A DNA stretch of 22,618 nt from an uncultured Gemmatimonadales bacterium (GTDB lineage Bacteria > Gemmatimonadota > Gemmatimonadetes > Gemmatimonadales > GWC2-71-9): positions 1 to 22,618 of the forward strand of contig CAVVKJ010000001.1 in the NCBI GenBank assembly GCA_963748815.1, given 5' to 3'. Of this stretch, positions 1 through 8,850 are shown in pieces; positions within the stretch are counted from its first letter, which is position 1, and every line of letters starts with the position of its first letter. The notes beneath the pieces are model-generated. The model saw only the letters and a list, made by a program, of their open reading frames with translations. It was not told where the DNA came from and did no database searches. Made by a program: the position numbers and the translations under genes.

Positions 1-12
1 CACCGACAGCAC

Positions 13-57
13 TCACCCCGGACCCGGCCTTCGCCGGGGCAGGCTCGCAGGGGTCCA
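13..57 (+). repeat. REP-like palindrome, family 1 (long, nested-hairpin form; degenerate)
   Basis: TCACCCCGGACCCGGCCTTCGCCGGGGCAGGCTCGCAGGGGTCCA aligns with the copies at 7305 and 8007. Confidence 0.8.
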
Positions 58-140
58 TGCCGAGGCCGCCAGGCCCAATCCTCTTAACGCCTCCATGCAT
101 TGGCCGTCTCCCCTGGGTACATCAACCAGGGGAGCACCGC

Positions 141-836
141 ATGCGCCGCCTTGCCCCGACCGCCGTGGCGGTCGTCCTCATCCTCACCATCGCCGCCCTT
201 CCCGCTGCCGCGCAGGGTACCGCCGCTCAGCATGACATGGCCATGATGGGCACCACCGATGTCGCCAGCAAGCACCTTACCGTCACCCCACGCCGGCCGA
301 CGCAGCCGGGCGACTCGGCTCGCGCCGACAGCATCGTGCAGGTCGCCGAAGCGGCGCTGGCCAGGTATGGGGACGTTTCGGTAGCCGAGGCGGATGGCTT
401 CCGGATGTTCGCGCCGAAGGTCAAGAAGCAGAAGATCTATCACTACAGCCGGCGCATGAACGCCGTGAAGGCACGCTGGACGTTCGACGCCACGGCGCCA
501 AGTGCCCTGCTGTACGAGCCGCAGGCCGATGGCACCGTACGACTCATCGGCGCGATGTACACCGCACCTCCCACATTCACACTTGACCAGCTCGATGCGC
601 GCATTCCCCTCAGCATTGCCCAGTGGCATCAGCACACCAGCATCTGCCTCCCGCCAGGCGCGAACGAGGAGATGGGGCTCTTCACCCGTGACCCGCGATT
701 CGGCCCGCGGGGCAGCATCTCGACCGAGGAAGCGTGTCAGGAGGCTGGGGGCACCTTCAAGCAGCGGATGGCGGGGTGGATGGTGCACGTGAACATGTTC
801 GAGGCGCCGGACCAGGTGTGGGAGCACAGGCACTGA
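141..836 (+). CDS. Secreted hypothetical protein, His/Cys-rich
   Basis: GGAG RBS at 131 before ATG 141; signal peptide ending PAAA-Q; motifs LLYE..LIGAMYTAP, QWHQH..C, C..GG, GWMVHV; strong GC3 bias. Confidence 0.8.
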   Translation: MRRLAPTAVAVVLILTIAALPAAAQGTAAQHDMAMMGTTDVASKHLTVTPRRPTQPGDSARADSIVQVAEAALARYGDVSVAEADGFRMFAPKVKKQKIYHYSRRMNAVKARWTFDATAPSALLYEPQADGTVRLIGAMYTAPPTFTLDQLDARIPLSIAQWHQHTSICLPPGANEEMGLFTRDPRFGPRGSISTEEACQEAGGTFKQRMAGWMVHVNMFEAPDQVWEHRH

Positions 837-844
837 CATGAAGA

Positions 845-871
845 GGCAGGGCAGCGGGGCAGCCGGGCAGG
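845..871 (+). repeat. GGGGCAGC-type short tandem repeat (family 4)
   Basis: aggcagggcagcggggcagccgggcaggg; the same motif recurs at about 6331, 6855, 7971 and, inverted, at 2755, 9458, 10626. Confidence 0.55.
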
Positions 872-973
872 GCTTGGTGTGGGGATTCGAGGCCGGGTCG
901 TCCATATTGATGTCGGCGCGACGTTGCGCCGTGGCAACGCCGACCAGACTCACCTCCCAGCGCGAGACCTCAC

Positions 974-1648
974 GTGATACTCACGACACTCCTTCTGGCG
1001 GCGCTCCAGGGCCCGGCTGTCGCGCCGCCCGACACCGCCCGGACCGTCTTCGGAGCGTGGCAGTTCAACAAGGTGGACAGCGACAATCCCCAGCCCTACC
1101 TCGGCGGTCCCAACCAGGGCGGGTACGGTGCCGGAGGAGGCAACGGAGGCGGCCAGCGTGGCGGGGGCGGTCAGGGTGTCCAGGGTGGTGACGGCGGGGG
1201 TGCTGGATCGGGTGGCGGCGGGATGGGCGGCGGACGGGGCGGCCCCCCTCCGGGAGGAGCTCAATCACCCTCGTCCTCGCAGATGGCAGGGCACCGGGAA
1301 CTCACGGCCCTTGCCCTGCGGGCCCCCGAGTTGCTCGTGCTTCGCGAGTCGGGAGATACCCTGGCCGTGACTGCTGACAGCGCGGCCACGATCACTCTGC
1401 GGACCAGTGGGAAGAAGGTTAAGTGGCTCACGACTGACAGCGTGAAAGTCGAGACCCGCGCCGAATGGGCAAATGGGCGCCTGGTGCTCACCCACGACGT
1501 GAAGGACGCCGGAAAGGTCTCGTATACCTTCTACCTGTCGCCGAAGCACACCCAGCTGTTCGTGGCGGTGCGGGTCTACCCGAAGGGTGGACCCACCGAT
1601 CCGGTCCCATTCCGTCGCGTGTACGACGTGGCCGAAGGCAGCCGCTAG
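974..1648 (+). CDS. Secreted hypothetical protein with Gly-rich low-complexity insert
   Basis: GTG start; signal peptide MILTTLLLAALQ; G-x-W motif, then about 55 aa Gly/Gln-rich, then a beta-strand-rich C-terminus ending RRVYD. Confidence 0.8.
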   Translation: MILTTLLLAALQGPAVAPPDTARTVFGAWQFNKVDSDNPQPYLGGPNQGGYGAGGGNGGGQRGGGGQGVQGGDGGGAGSGGGGMGGGRGGPPPGGAQSPSSSQMAGHRELTALALRAPELLVLRESGDTLAVTADSAATITLRTSGKKVKWLTTDSVKVETRAEWANGRLVLTHDVKDAGKVSYTFYLSPKHTQLFVAVRVYPKGGPTDPVPFRRVYDVAEGSR

Positions 1649-1744
1649 CCCGTCTGACCGAAGGTTCACCCCCTCCCCCCGCCGTCACCTCACGCGCACC
1701 TCGATGACGGTGGTCGCCAGCGCGAGGGGCGTGTATCCCGCAAT

Positions 1745-2116
1745 GTGCTGGAAGAACCAGGGACGGCTCAACTGGCCACGCGCTTCGCTGATTCCGTCCT
1801 GGTCACCACCTCCCCCGGCGTCAACCGCTTTCGGATCGAGCGGCAGGTCGGACAGGAGCGCATCGAGTTCGTGACCGAAGGCGGGCTGATCTCGGAATTC
1901 ACCGCGGAGTTCTACAGCCTGCTCGGCCAGCGCACCGATGACACCCACGGCCCGCTCCGGTCCAAGCGCCACCCCGCCATCCGGGCGCTGATGCTGCGCG
2001 CCGCGCGGCAGGGCGCCAACGCCGTCGTCAATGTGGAGCTCGACTACGAGGGACATACGGGCGAGCGGGCGCGGTACGTCCTCAGCGGGACGATGGTGGT
2101 CTTGGTACCGATGTAA
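1745..2116 (+). CDS. YbjQ/UPF0145-like (putative heavy-metal-binding) protein, divergent
   Basis: VLVTTSP ... RAARQGANAVVNVELDYE ... LSGTMVV matches the YbjQ pattern (VTTT; A..LGANAVVGV.LDYE; SGTAV). Confidence 0.7.
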   Translation: MLEEPGTAQLATRFADSVLVTTSPGVNRFRIERQVGQERIEFVTEGGLISEFTAEFYSLLGQRTDDTHGPLRSKRHPAIRALMLRAARQGANAVVNVELDYEGHTGERARYVLSGTMVVLVPM

Positions 2117-2636
2117 GCGGGGAGGCGGGCTGCCCCCGGAGGAACGCGACCGTGGCAATGACCTGGCCGGCATGCCGCTGCGCGTGCTCGCCGGCGTGGG
2201 CCAGCAGTCCCAGCACATTGCTCGGCCGCTGAGCGCGCCCGACTCCGCGGAACTCGAGGAGGGTGTCCGGAGACGTGGCCCGGAGGACCGCGAGCGCCGC
2301 ATCCACCGTCGCCCCGATCGCGGCGAGAAGATCCCCGGCCGATGTGTCGGACGGACCAGGCGTCTGCTCGTGCGTAAGGGCCTCACGCTGCCCCTCCGTA
2401 AGCGGCACGCCCCGCGCGTAGGTGATCAGCCGGTCAATGCTGCCGGCGATGTGACGCAGGTGAAATCCCACCGACGCCGCCCCGCCCGGCCGGGCCCAGA
2501 GTTCGTCGGCGGTCAGGTCGCTGGCGACGCGCTCGACGTCCCGCCGCGCCTGGAGCAGCCCGTGGGCCACCGGCATCAGGAGCGGAGGCACTCCCTCCAC
2601 CGGTCCGGCGAGCCAGGCGTCGATGGCGGTACTCAT
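2082..2636 (-). CDS. DinB/YfiT superfamily protein
   Basis: AGGAGG RBS before ATG 2636; LWARPGGAASVGFHLRHIAGS and HAGEHAQRHAGQ carry the His pattern; 3' end overlaps the YbjQ-like gene by 35 nt. Confidence 0.85.
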   Translation of the reverse strand: MSTAIDAWLAGPVEGVPPLLMPVAHGLLQARRDVERVASDLTADELWARPGGAASVGFHLRHIAGSIDRLITYARGVPLTEGQREALTHEQTPGPSDTSAGDLLAAIGATVDAALAVLRATSPDTLLEFRGVGRAQRPSNVLGLLAHAGEHAQRHAGQVIATVAFLRGQPASPLTSVPRPPSSR

Positions 2637-2705
2637 GGTGCCTCCTGGTGATTGGACTACACCGTGCCCTGCGGTCACCTCGCAAAGACTGAAGTCCATC
2701 CGCTT

Positions 2706-2752
2706 GCGTCGCGTTAGCGACATCAGCCGAGCCGCGGCTCTAGCCGCGACTC
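2706..2752 (+). repeat. REP-like palindrome, family 3 (copy 1)
   Basis: 47 nt; 41/47 identical by manual alignment to the reverse complement of 8851-8897; core CGCGGCT-CT-AGCCGCG hairpin. Confidence 0.8.
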
Positions 2753-2848
2753 GCGCTGCCTCCCTGCCCCGCCCCAATAGCATTCCCTCCCCGGCCGGAT
2801 AAGTTACGCAGGTCCTCCCTGCCTGTGCAGCCAATCGGAGATGGCATC

Positions 2849-4597
2849 GTGAGAATACGTTCGACCGCGGCAACCGCCCTGCTCCTGGCCGGAGTCGCCG
2901 TCCTGCCCGCCTCGGGGCAGTCCCCCGCCGCCGGGTACCGGAGTGCCGCGGCCCTCGATCGCGCCATCGATCAGCTGGCCGGAGCGCATCGCAACGTGGT
3001 GACCGTCAGCGAGGTGGCGCGCTCGCCCGGCAACCGGCGGGTGTCCGCCATTCGCCTCGGCGCCGGCGCTGATCCCGACGGCCGCCCCGCCCTGCTGATC
3101 CTGGCCAACGCCTTCGGCCCGCACGTCGTGGGGAGCGAGGTGGCGACCAACCTCGCCACCCTGCTGGCCGAGGCCTACGGCAGGGACTCGGCGGTCACCG
3201 CGCTGCTCGACGCCCGCACCCTCTACATCATTCCCCGCCTCAACCCCGACGCCGCCGAAGGCTTCTTCCGGGCGCCGCTCTACGAGCGGATCCGGAATGA
3301 CGGCGCGGCGGACGACGATCACGACTGGGAGGTGGACGAGGACGGCCCCGAGGACCTGAACGGCGACGGGCTGATCACCCTGATGCGGGTGCGCGACCCT
3401 GCGGGCGAGTGGATGGCCGATTCCGCCACCCCCGCGCTGCTGCGGAAGGCGGACCGCGCCAAGGGCGAGGTCGGCGTCTACCGCATCTATACCGAGGGCC
3501 GGGACAACGACCACGACCAGGCCTGGAATGAAGATCCCACCGGCAGCACCGACGTCGACGCCAACTTCACCTACCAGTACGACTTCTTCGGCGACGCGAC
3601 CGGGCTCTACCCGATGTCGGCGCCGGAGACGAAGGGCGTGGCCGATTTCGTCATTGCCCATCCCAATATCGCGGCCGTGTACGTCCTCGGCCCCCAGGAC
3701 AACCTGCTCAAGGCGTGGAAGTACAAGAGCGGCCGGGGGCTGGGCGGCAAGCCGGAGGGCACCTCCGGCGGCGGCCCCTATACCAGCATCCTCGAAGGTG
3801 ATCAGCCCTTCTTCGATGAAATGGCGACGCGCTTCCAGGCGGCGACCGGATTGAAGAGCGGGCCGGCGTCGGCGTCGCTGCGCGGCGACCCCCTCTCCTG
3901 GGCCTATTTCGACATGGGCCGCTGGGCGTTCGGCTCCCGCACCTGGTGGATTCCGGACACCCCGGCCCCCGACACGGCGGCGGCGGACAGCGTGGCGCCC
4001 AGGCGGGACGCGAAGAAGGATGACGGCAAGAAGGCCGCCGCCTATCCCGACTCCCTCAAGGCGGAGGCGAACGCCTACCGCTGGCTCGCGGCGAATGTCC
4101 CCGGCGGCTTCGTCCCCTGGACGCCGTACGCGCATCCCGACTTCCCCGGCCGCGAGGTGGAGATCGGCGGCTTCGCCCCGTATGCCGGCATCAACCCGCC
4201 CGCGGCGATGCTCGATTCCCTCGCCCGCGGGCAGCTGGCGTTCGTCACCAGCCTGGCCGGCGCGCTCCCGCGCCTCACCCTCCGGAATGCCAGGGTCACC
4301 CGCGTCGGCGAACGCACCTATCGCATCGAGATCGAGCTCGCGAACGACGGCTACTTTCCGACCCTCTCCGCCATCGGCGTGAAGGCGTTCTGGCCCAGGC
4401 GGGTTCGGCTGGCGCTCGACCCCGGCACGCAGCAGATCGTCGGCGGCCGCGCCGTCGAACTGGTGGGTCCCATTCCCGGCAGCGGCGCCTCCGAGCAATT
4501 CAAGTGGGTGGTGGTCGGCGACCCGGGGGCCACGGTGACCATCACGGCGTCGAGCCCGGTCGCGGGCACCGCGTCCGAAGCCCTGACGCTGCGCTGA
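2849..4597 (+). CDS. M14 family carboxypeptidase-like protein, predicted catalytically inactive
   Basis: GGAG at 2837 before GTG 2849; signal peptide; M14 core (YIIPRLNPD, YPMSAPETK); collinear with the downstream paralog but HxxE is replaced (NAFGPH). Confidence 0.85.
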   Translation: MRIRSTAATALLLAGVAVLPASGQSPAAGYRSAAALDRAIDQLAGAHRNVVTVSEVARSPGNRRVSAIRLGAGADPDGRPALLILANAFGPHVVGSEVATNLATLLAEAYGRDSAVTALLDARTLYIIPRLNPDAAEGFFRAPLYERIRNDGAADDDHDWEVDEDGPEDLNGDGLITLMRVRDPAGEWMADSATPALLRKADRAKGEVGVYRIYTEGRDNDHDQAWNEDPTGSTDVDANFTYQYDFFGDATGLYPMSAPETKGVADFVIAHPNIAAVYVLGPQDNLLKAWKYKSGRGLGGKPEGTSGGGPYTSILEGDQPFFDEMATRFQAATGLKSGPASASLRGDPLSWAYFDMGRWAFGSRTWWIPDTPAPDTAAADSVAPRRDAKKDDGKKAAAYPDSLKAEANAYRWLAANVPGGFVPWTPYAHPDFPGREVEIGGFAPYAGINPPAAMLDSLARGQLAFVTSLAGALPRLTLRNARVTRVGERTYRIEIELANDGYFPTLSAIGVKAFWPRRVRLALDPGTQQIVGGRAVELVGPIPGSGASEQFKWVVVGDPGATVTITASSPVAGTASEALTLR

Positions 4598-4601
4598 GGC
4601 G

Positions 4602-6362
4602 ATGACCATGACGACACGCACCCGGATCTCCGCCCTCGCGCTGACCCTCGGCGCCCTCGCCCTCCTGGCCCCCCCACCGGCGCCGGCCCAGAGCGCGCTC
4701 GCCGCCATGGGCTCGCCGCCCAACCCCAAGGTGCCGGTGGCGTGGGACCGCTACTACGACCACGCCGCCATCGGCGACATCGGCCGGCGGCTGCAGAAGG
4801 CCTATCCCGACCGCTGCCGCCTCGGGTCGATCGGCACCTCGCACCAGGGCCGCGAGCTCTGGCTCCTGACGGTCACCAACTTCTCGACCGGGAACCCCGA
4901 CGACAAGCCGGGGATGTACATCGACGGCAACATCCACGCGAACGAGATCCAGGGCACCGAGATTTCGCTCTACACCGCCTGGTACCTCTGTGAAATGGCG
5001 GACCGGGTGCCGTGGGTGGACTCGCTGCTCGACGCGCGGGTCTTCTACATCGTGCCCTCCATCAACCCCGACGGCCGCGACGACTTCATCTACCAGGCCA
5101 ACAATCCCAACTCGCCCCGCGCCGGGGTGGTGCCGCGCGACAGCGACGGCGACGGGGTGGTGGACGAGGACGCCTACGACGACCTCGACGGCGACGGCCA
5201 CATCACCCAGATGCGCCGGCGCAACCCGAACGGGCGGTGGATCACCTCCCCGGTCGACCCGCGCATCATGATCCGGGCCGACGCCGATCGACCCGGGGAG
5301 TACGAGCTCCTGGGCGAGGAAGGGATCGACAACGACGGCGACGGCCTCGTCAACGAGGACGGCGTCGCCTTCTCGTATGACCCGAACCGCAACTGGCCCT
5401 GGAACTGGCAGCCGCGCTACGTGCAGGGCGGCGCCGACTACTACCCGGGCTCGCTGCCGGAAACCCGCGCGGTGATGCAGTTCATCATCGGGCACCCGAA
5501 CATCGCGGGGGTCCAGACCTACCACAATTCCGGCGGATGGATCCTGCGCGGCCCGGGGGTGCAGAGCGACGAGTACCAGGCCCGGGACATTCAGGTGTAC
5601 GACGCCATCGGCAAGGTCGGCGAGACGATCCTCCCCGGGTACAAGTACGTCGTCATCTGGAGCGGCCTCTACACCACCTGGGGCAACGAACTCGACTGGA
5701 CCTACATGGGGCGCGGCATCATCAGCTACAGCAACGAGCTCTGGACCCCGTTCAAGTATTTCGAGAAGCAGCCGGAGCGGGACAGGTACGACCGGCCGGA
5801 GTACCAGTTCGACCGGCTGCTGCTGATGAACGAGGCCGTCGTGCCGTGGACGCCGTACAACCACCCGCAGTACGGCCTGATCGAGATCGGCGGGGTCAAG
5901 AAGCAGTACACCCGGGCCATTCCCGGCTTTCTCCTCCCCGCCGAGGCGCACCGGAACATGGCGTTCACGCTGTACCAGGCGAGCCAGATGCCGCTGGTCA
6001 CGGTGGACTCGATCGCCACGCGGACGCTCGGCGGCGGCCTGACGGAGGTGACCGCCATCGTCGCGAACAAGCGGCTCGCGCCGACGCACGTGCAGCAGGA
6101 CATCGAGCACCACATCACGCGCCCCGACTGGGTCTCGATCGAGGGCGGCGAGGTGGTCGCGGGCTTCGTGGTCGAGGACCCGCTCTCGGGCCGGGCCCGG
6201 GAGCAGGAACGCAATCCGCGCCGGATCGAGGTGGACAACATTCCCGGCATGGGGACGGCGACGGTGCGGTGGGTGGTCCGGGGGAAGGGGCCGTTCACGG
6301 TGACGGTGGATTCCGAGAAGGGCGGGATTGGGCGGCGGGGCAGCGGGGCAGCAGGGCGGTAA
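4602..6362 (+). CDS. M14 family zinc carboxypeptidase, secreted
   Basis: Signal peptide; DGNIHANE (HxxE), INPDG, DPNRNWP, YPGSLPET, QTYHNSGG, SYSNEL; Dx(D/N)GDG motifs. Confidence 0.92.
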   Translation: MTMTTRTRISALALTLGALALLAPPPAPAQSALAAMGSPPNPKVPVAWDRYYDHAAIGDIGRRLQKAYPDRCRLGSIGTSHQGRELWLLTVTNFSTGNPDDKPGMYIDGNIHANEIQGTEISLYTAWYLCEMADRVPWVDSLLDARVFYIVPSINPDGRDDFIYQANNPNSPRAGVVPRDSDGDGVVDEDAYDDLDGDGHITQMRRRNPNGRWITSPVDPRIMIRADADRPGEYELLGEEGIDNDGDGLVNEDGVAFSYDPNRNWPWNWQPRYVQGGADYYPGSLPETRAVMQFIIGHPNIAGVQTYHNSGGWILRGPGVQSDEYQARDIQVYDAIGKVGETILPGYKYVVIWSGLYTTWGNELDWTYMGRGIISYSNELWTPFKYFEKQPERDRYDRPEYQFDRLLLMNEAVVPWTPYNHPQYGLIEIGGVKKQYTRAIPGFLLPAEAHRNMAFTLYQASQMPLVTVDSIATRTLGGGLTEVTAIVANKRLAPTHVQQDIEHHITRPDWVSIEGGEVVAGFVVEDPLSGRAREQERNPRRIEVDNIPGMGTATVRWVVRGKGPFTVTVDSEKGGIGRRGSGAAGR

Positions 6363-6401
6363 GTCAGCGGGCGTACACGAACCCCAACGCGAGGAGTACT
6401 G

Positions 6402-6854
6402 ATGTCAGCACCGAACGCGGGCACGGCGACCAAGACCCCCTGGCATTTCTGGGTGGTCGGGATCGGCGGTTTGCTCTGGAGTTCCGTCGGAGCGTACGAC
6501 TACTTCATGTCGCAGACCCGGAACGAGACCTACATGGCGGCGTTCACCCCGACACAGCTGGAGTTCTTCTACGGCCTCCCCGCCTGGGTCGTGGCCTGCT
6601 GGGCCATCGGCGTCTGGGGCGGCCTGGTCGGATGCCTCCTGCTCGTCCTGAAGAAGGGCTGGGCGGTGCCGGTGCTCCTGGCCTCGCTCCTCGGGGCCAT
6701 CCTCACCTTCATCCACAACTTCCTGCTGTCCGAGGGGATCGAGGCGATGGGCGGCGGCGCCTCGGCGGTCATCTTCCCCGTCGTGATCGTGGTGATCTCG
6801 TTCGGGTTGTGGTGGTACGCGCGGGGAATGAAGGCGAAAGGGATGCTGACATAG
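6402..6854 (+). CDS. Hypothetical membrane protein (about 4 TM)
   Basis: GAGGAG RBS; TPWHFWVVG..LLW..GAYDY, P.W....WAIGVWGG; four hydrophobic segments. Confidence 0.85.
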   Translation: MSAPNAGTATKTPWHFWVVGIGGLLWSSVGAYDYFMSQTRNETYMAAFTPTQLEFFYGLPAWVVACWAIGVWGGLVGCLLLVLKKGWAVPVLLASLLGAILTFIHNFLLSEGIEAMGGGASAVIFPVVIVVISFGLWWYARGMKAKGMLT

Positions 6855-6879
6855 GCGGGGCAGCGGGGCTGTCGCGGCT

Positions 6880-6905
6880 GTCACCCCGGCGCAAGCCGGG
6901 GTCCA
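6880..6905 (+). repeat. REP-like palindrome, family 1 (short form)
   Basis: GTCACCCCGGC-GCAA-GCCGGGGTCCA, hairpin with a GNRA loop. Confidence 0.8.
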
Positions 6906-6936
6906 TTTTCAATCAACGTCCGTGGGGGACCGTATC

Positions 6937-7290
6937 ATGCGCTACGTCGATGCCTATGTCATTCCCATTCCCAAGCGGAAGCTCAAGGCCTACTGGACCA
7001 TGGCCAAGGTGGGGAAGAGGACGTGGATGAAGCACGGCGCACTCGCCTACTATGAGTGCGTCGGTGACGACCTGAAGACGTCGTGGGGCCAGGGCTTCCC
7101 GAAGATGGCGAAGGTGAAGCGCGGGGAGACGGTCGTCGTCGCCTTCGTGGTGTACAAGTCGCGGGCCCATCGCGACCGGGTCAACGCGAAAGTGATGAAG
7201 GAGTTCGCCGCGGCAGAGACCCCGATGGAGATGCCGTTCGACATCAAGCGGATGGCGAACGGCGGGTTCACGGTGGTCGTGGGGAGTTGA
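6937..7290 (+). CDS. ybaA: DUF1428/YbaA family protein
   Basis: MRYVDAYVIPIP...AY...W..HGAL.Y.ECVGDD...F...K..ETVV...YKSRAHRDRVNAKVM...MPFD.KRM..GGF. Confidence 0.9.
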   Translation: MRYVDAYVIPIPKRKLKAYWTMAKVGKRTWMKHGALAYYECVGDDLKTSWGQGFPKMAKVKRGETVVVAFVVYKSRAHRDRVNAKVMKEFAAAETPMEMPFDIKRMANGGFTVVVGS

Positions 7291-7304
7291 GCCGCCTGAC
7301 CGCC

Positions 7305-7351
7305 GTCACCCCGGCGCCCGGCTTTCGCCGGGGCAGGGTCGCCGGGGTCCA
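7305..7351 (+). repeat. REP-like palindrome, family 1 (long form)
   Basis: GTCACCCCGGCGCCCGGCTTTCGCCGGGGCAGGGTCGCCGGGGTCCA; one mismatch versus 8007-8053. Confidence 0.85.
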
Positions 7352-7354
7352 GTT

Positions 7355-7401
7355 TCACCTCACCCCCTGTCCCCCTCTCCATGATATGGAGAGGGGGAAC
7401 G
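7355..7401 (+). repeat. REP-like palindrome, family 2
   Basis: TCACCTCACCCCCTGTCCCCCTCTCCAT-GAT-ATGGAGAGGGGGAACG; near-identical copies at 9523 and 10685. Confidence 0.85.
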
Positions 7402-7424
7402 CCTTTCACCTCCGGTTTCTCCCT

Positions 7425-7970
7425 ATGGCGCTGAGCTCGACCATCTACAATTTCGACATCGAGCTCGCCGACGTGGACCGGGGCGTGTACGAGTCGCTGG
7501 CGCTCCGGGTGGCACGTCACCCGTCGGAGACCGCCGAATACCTGCTCACGCGGGTGCTGGCCTACTGCCTCGAGTTCGCGGAGGGAATCAGCTTCGGCAG
7601 GGGGCTGTCGGAACCGGACGAGCCGGCGCTCACGGTGCGCGACTTGACCGGGGCGCTGGTGGCGTGGATCGAAGTGGGGGCGCCGGACGCCCGCCGGCTC
7701 CACAAGGCCAGCCGGGAGTCACCCCGCGTCGCCATTTACACCCACAAGGATCCGGCGCTGCTCATTCGCCAGCTGGCGGGGGAGCGGATCCATCGCGCCG
7801 AGAACATTGAACTGCATGCGGTGGACCGGGAGTTCCTGGCGGTGCTGTCCGGGAGACTGGAACGCCGGATGACTTTCGGGCTGTCGGTGAGTCACGGCCA
7901 CCTCTACGTCACCCTCGACGGGGAGACGATCGCGGGGGCGGTGGAGCGGCACGGGCTCGAGGCGAGATAG
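7425..7970 (+). CDS. yaeQ: YaeQ family protein
   Basis: MALSSTIY..I..ADVDRGVYE.L.LRVARHPSET..Y...RVLAYCL; GLS.PDEPAL..RDLTG....WIEVG.PD..RLHKA. Confidence 0.93.
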   Translation: MALSSTIYNFDIELADVDRGVYESLALRVARHPSETAEYLLTRVLAYCLEFAEGISFGRGLSEPDEPALTVRDLTGALVAWIEVGAPDARRLHKASRESPRVAIYTHKDPALLIRQLAGERIHRAENIELHAVDREFLAVLSGRLERRMTFGLSVSHGHLYVTLDGETIAGAVERHGLEAR

Positions 7971-8006
7971 GCGCAGCGGGGCAGCGGGACGGAACATCGC
8001 CGAGCC

Positions 8007-8053
8007 GTCACCCCGGCCCCCGGCTTTCGCCGGGGCAGGGTCGCCGGGGTCCA
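8007..8053 (+). repeat. REP-like palindrome, family 1 (long form)
   Basis: GTCACCCCGGCCCCCGGCTTTCGCCGGGGCAGGGTCGCCGGGGTCCA, followed by a truncated family-2 start (ACCTCACCC). Confidence 0.85.
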
Positions 8054-8225
8054 TTTTTGTACCTCACCCGCTGCACCTCATGCAAATGGGTCCCTTCACA
8101 TAGTTCCCAATCTCTCCTCACTGCGTTTGATGCAGATTGCATGCATCTTCGGATTCCGGTCTTGCGACGATGCCGACTCTGGCCTCCCGTTCCTGCCTGA
8201 TCTCAACCACGGTTGCTCGCTGGCC

Positions 8226-8840
8226 GTGCTGACACGTCCTCGCTCATCAACTCACGGCGTCCCCGGCCCGAGCCCGCTGGAGCCGTTCCTGCCCGTCTTC
8301 GATGCCCGCGAGCGCTTCGCGGTCGCGGTCCGCGCACCGGCGCCCCTCGTGGACCAGATCGCGCGGGAGTTCGACATGCAATCGACTCCGCTGGTCCGCG
8401 CCATTTTTCGGATGCGCGAGTGGATGATGGGGGTGAGGTCCGACCCGCGCCCGGCGCAGGGATTCCTCGCCGAGATGCAGGGGCTGGGCTGGGGCACGCT
8501 GGTGGATCGGCCGGGGGAGTTGTTCGTCGCGGGAGCCACCTGCCAGCCCTGGCTGGGCGACGTCCGGTTCACGGCGGTGCCGCCGGCGCGCTTCCGGCAG
8601 TTTGACGAACCGGGGCTGGTCAAGATCGCCTGGAGCCTGGAAAGTCGAGCCACCTCCCCGTCGACGACCGAGCTCGTCACGGAGACCCGCGTGAAAGCCA
8701 CGGACGAGCACGCCCGACGGCGCTTCCTCCGCTACTGGCGGTGGGCGCGGTTCGGGATCATCCCGATCCGGTGGCTGATGCTGCCGGCCATCCGGCGGGA
8801 GGCCGAGGCCGCGTATCGGCGGGATGGGGTGGCTGCATGA
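8226..8840 (+). CDS. Conserved hypothetical protein (possibly DUF2867/SRPBCC-like); start uncertain
   Basis: FLPVFDARE..., PLVRAIFRMRE, F.EPG.VKIAW, L.TETRV.ATD..ARRRFLRYW; coding-like GC3 from about 8270 onward. Confidence 0.75.
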   Translation: MLTRPRSSTHGVPGPSPLEPFLPVFDARERFAVAVRAPAPLVDQIAREFDMQSTPLVRAIFRMREWMMGVRSDPRPAQGFLAEMQGLGWGTLVDRPGELFVAGATCQPWLGDVRFTAVPPARFRQFDEPGLVKIAWSLESRATSPSTTELVTETRVKATDEHARRRFLRYWRWARFGIIPIRWLMLPAIRREAEAAYRRDGVAA

Positions 8841-8850
8841 AGAGAGGGAA

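Noticed and set aside
1117..1260. G-rich tract as a DNA repeat or G-quadruplex element
   Set aside because: Explained by Gly codons in a low-complexity linker
2804..6113. Long antisense ORFs (641 aa and 523 aa) opposite the M14 genes
   Set aside because: Shadow ORFs expected from strong GC3 bias; no motifs, and the sense strand has clear family signatures
7083..7424. N-terminal extension of YaeQ in the ORF track (likewise 9423-9644 for the MDR gene)
   Set aside because: The extensions merely translate repeats and neighbouring sequence; family-typical starts lie at 7425 and 9645
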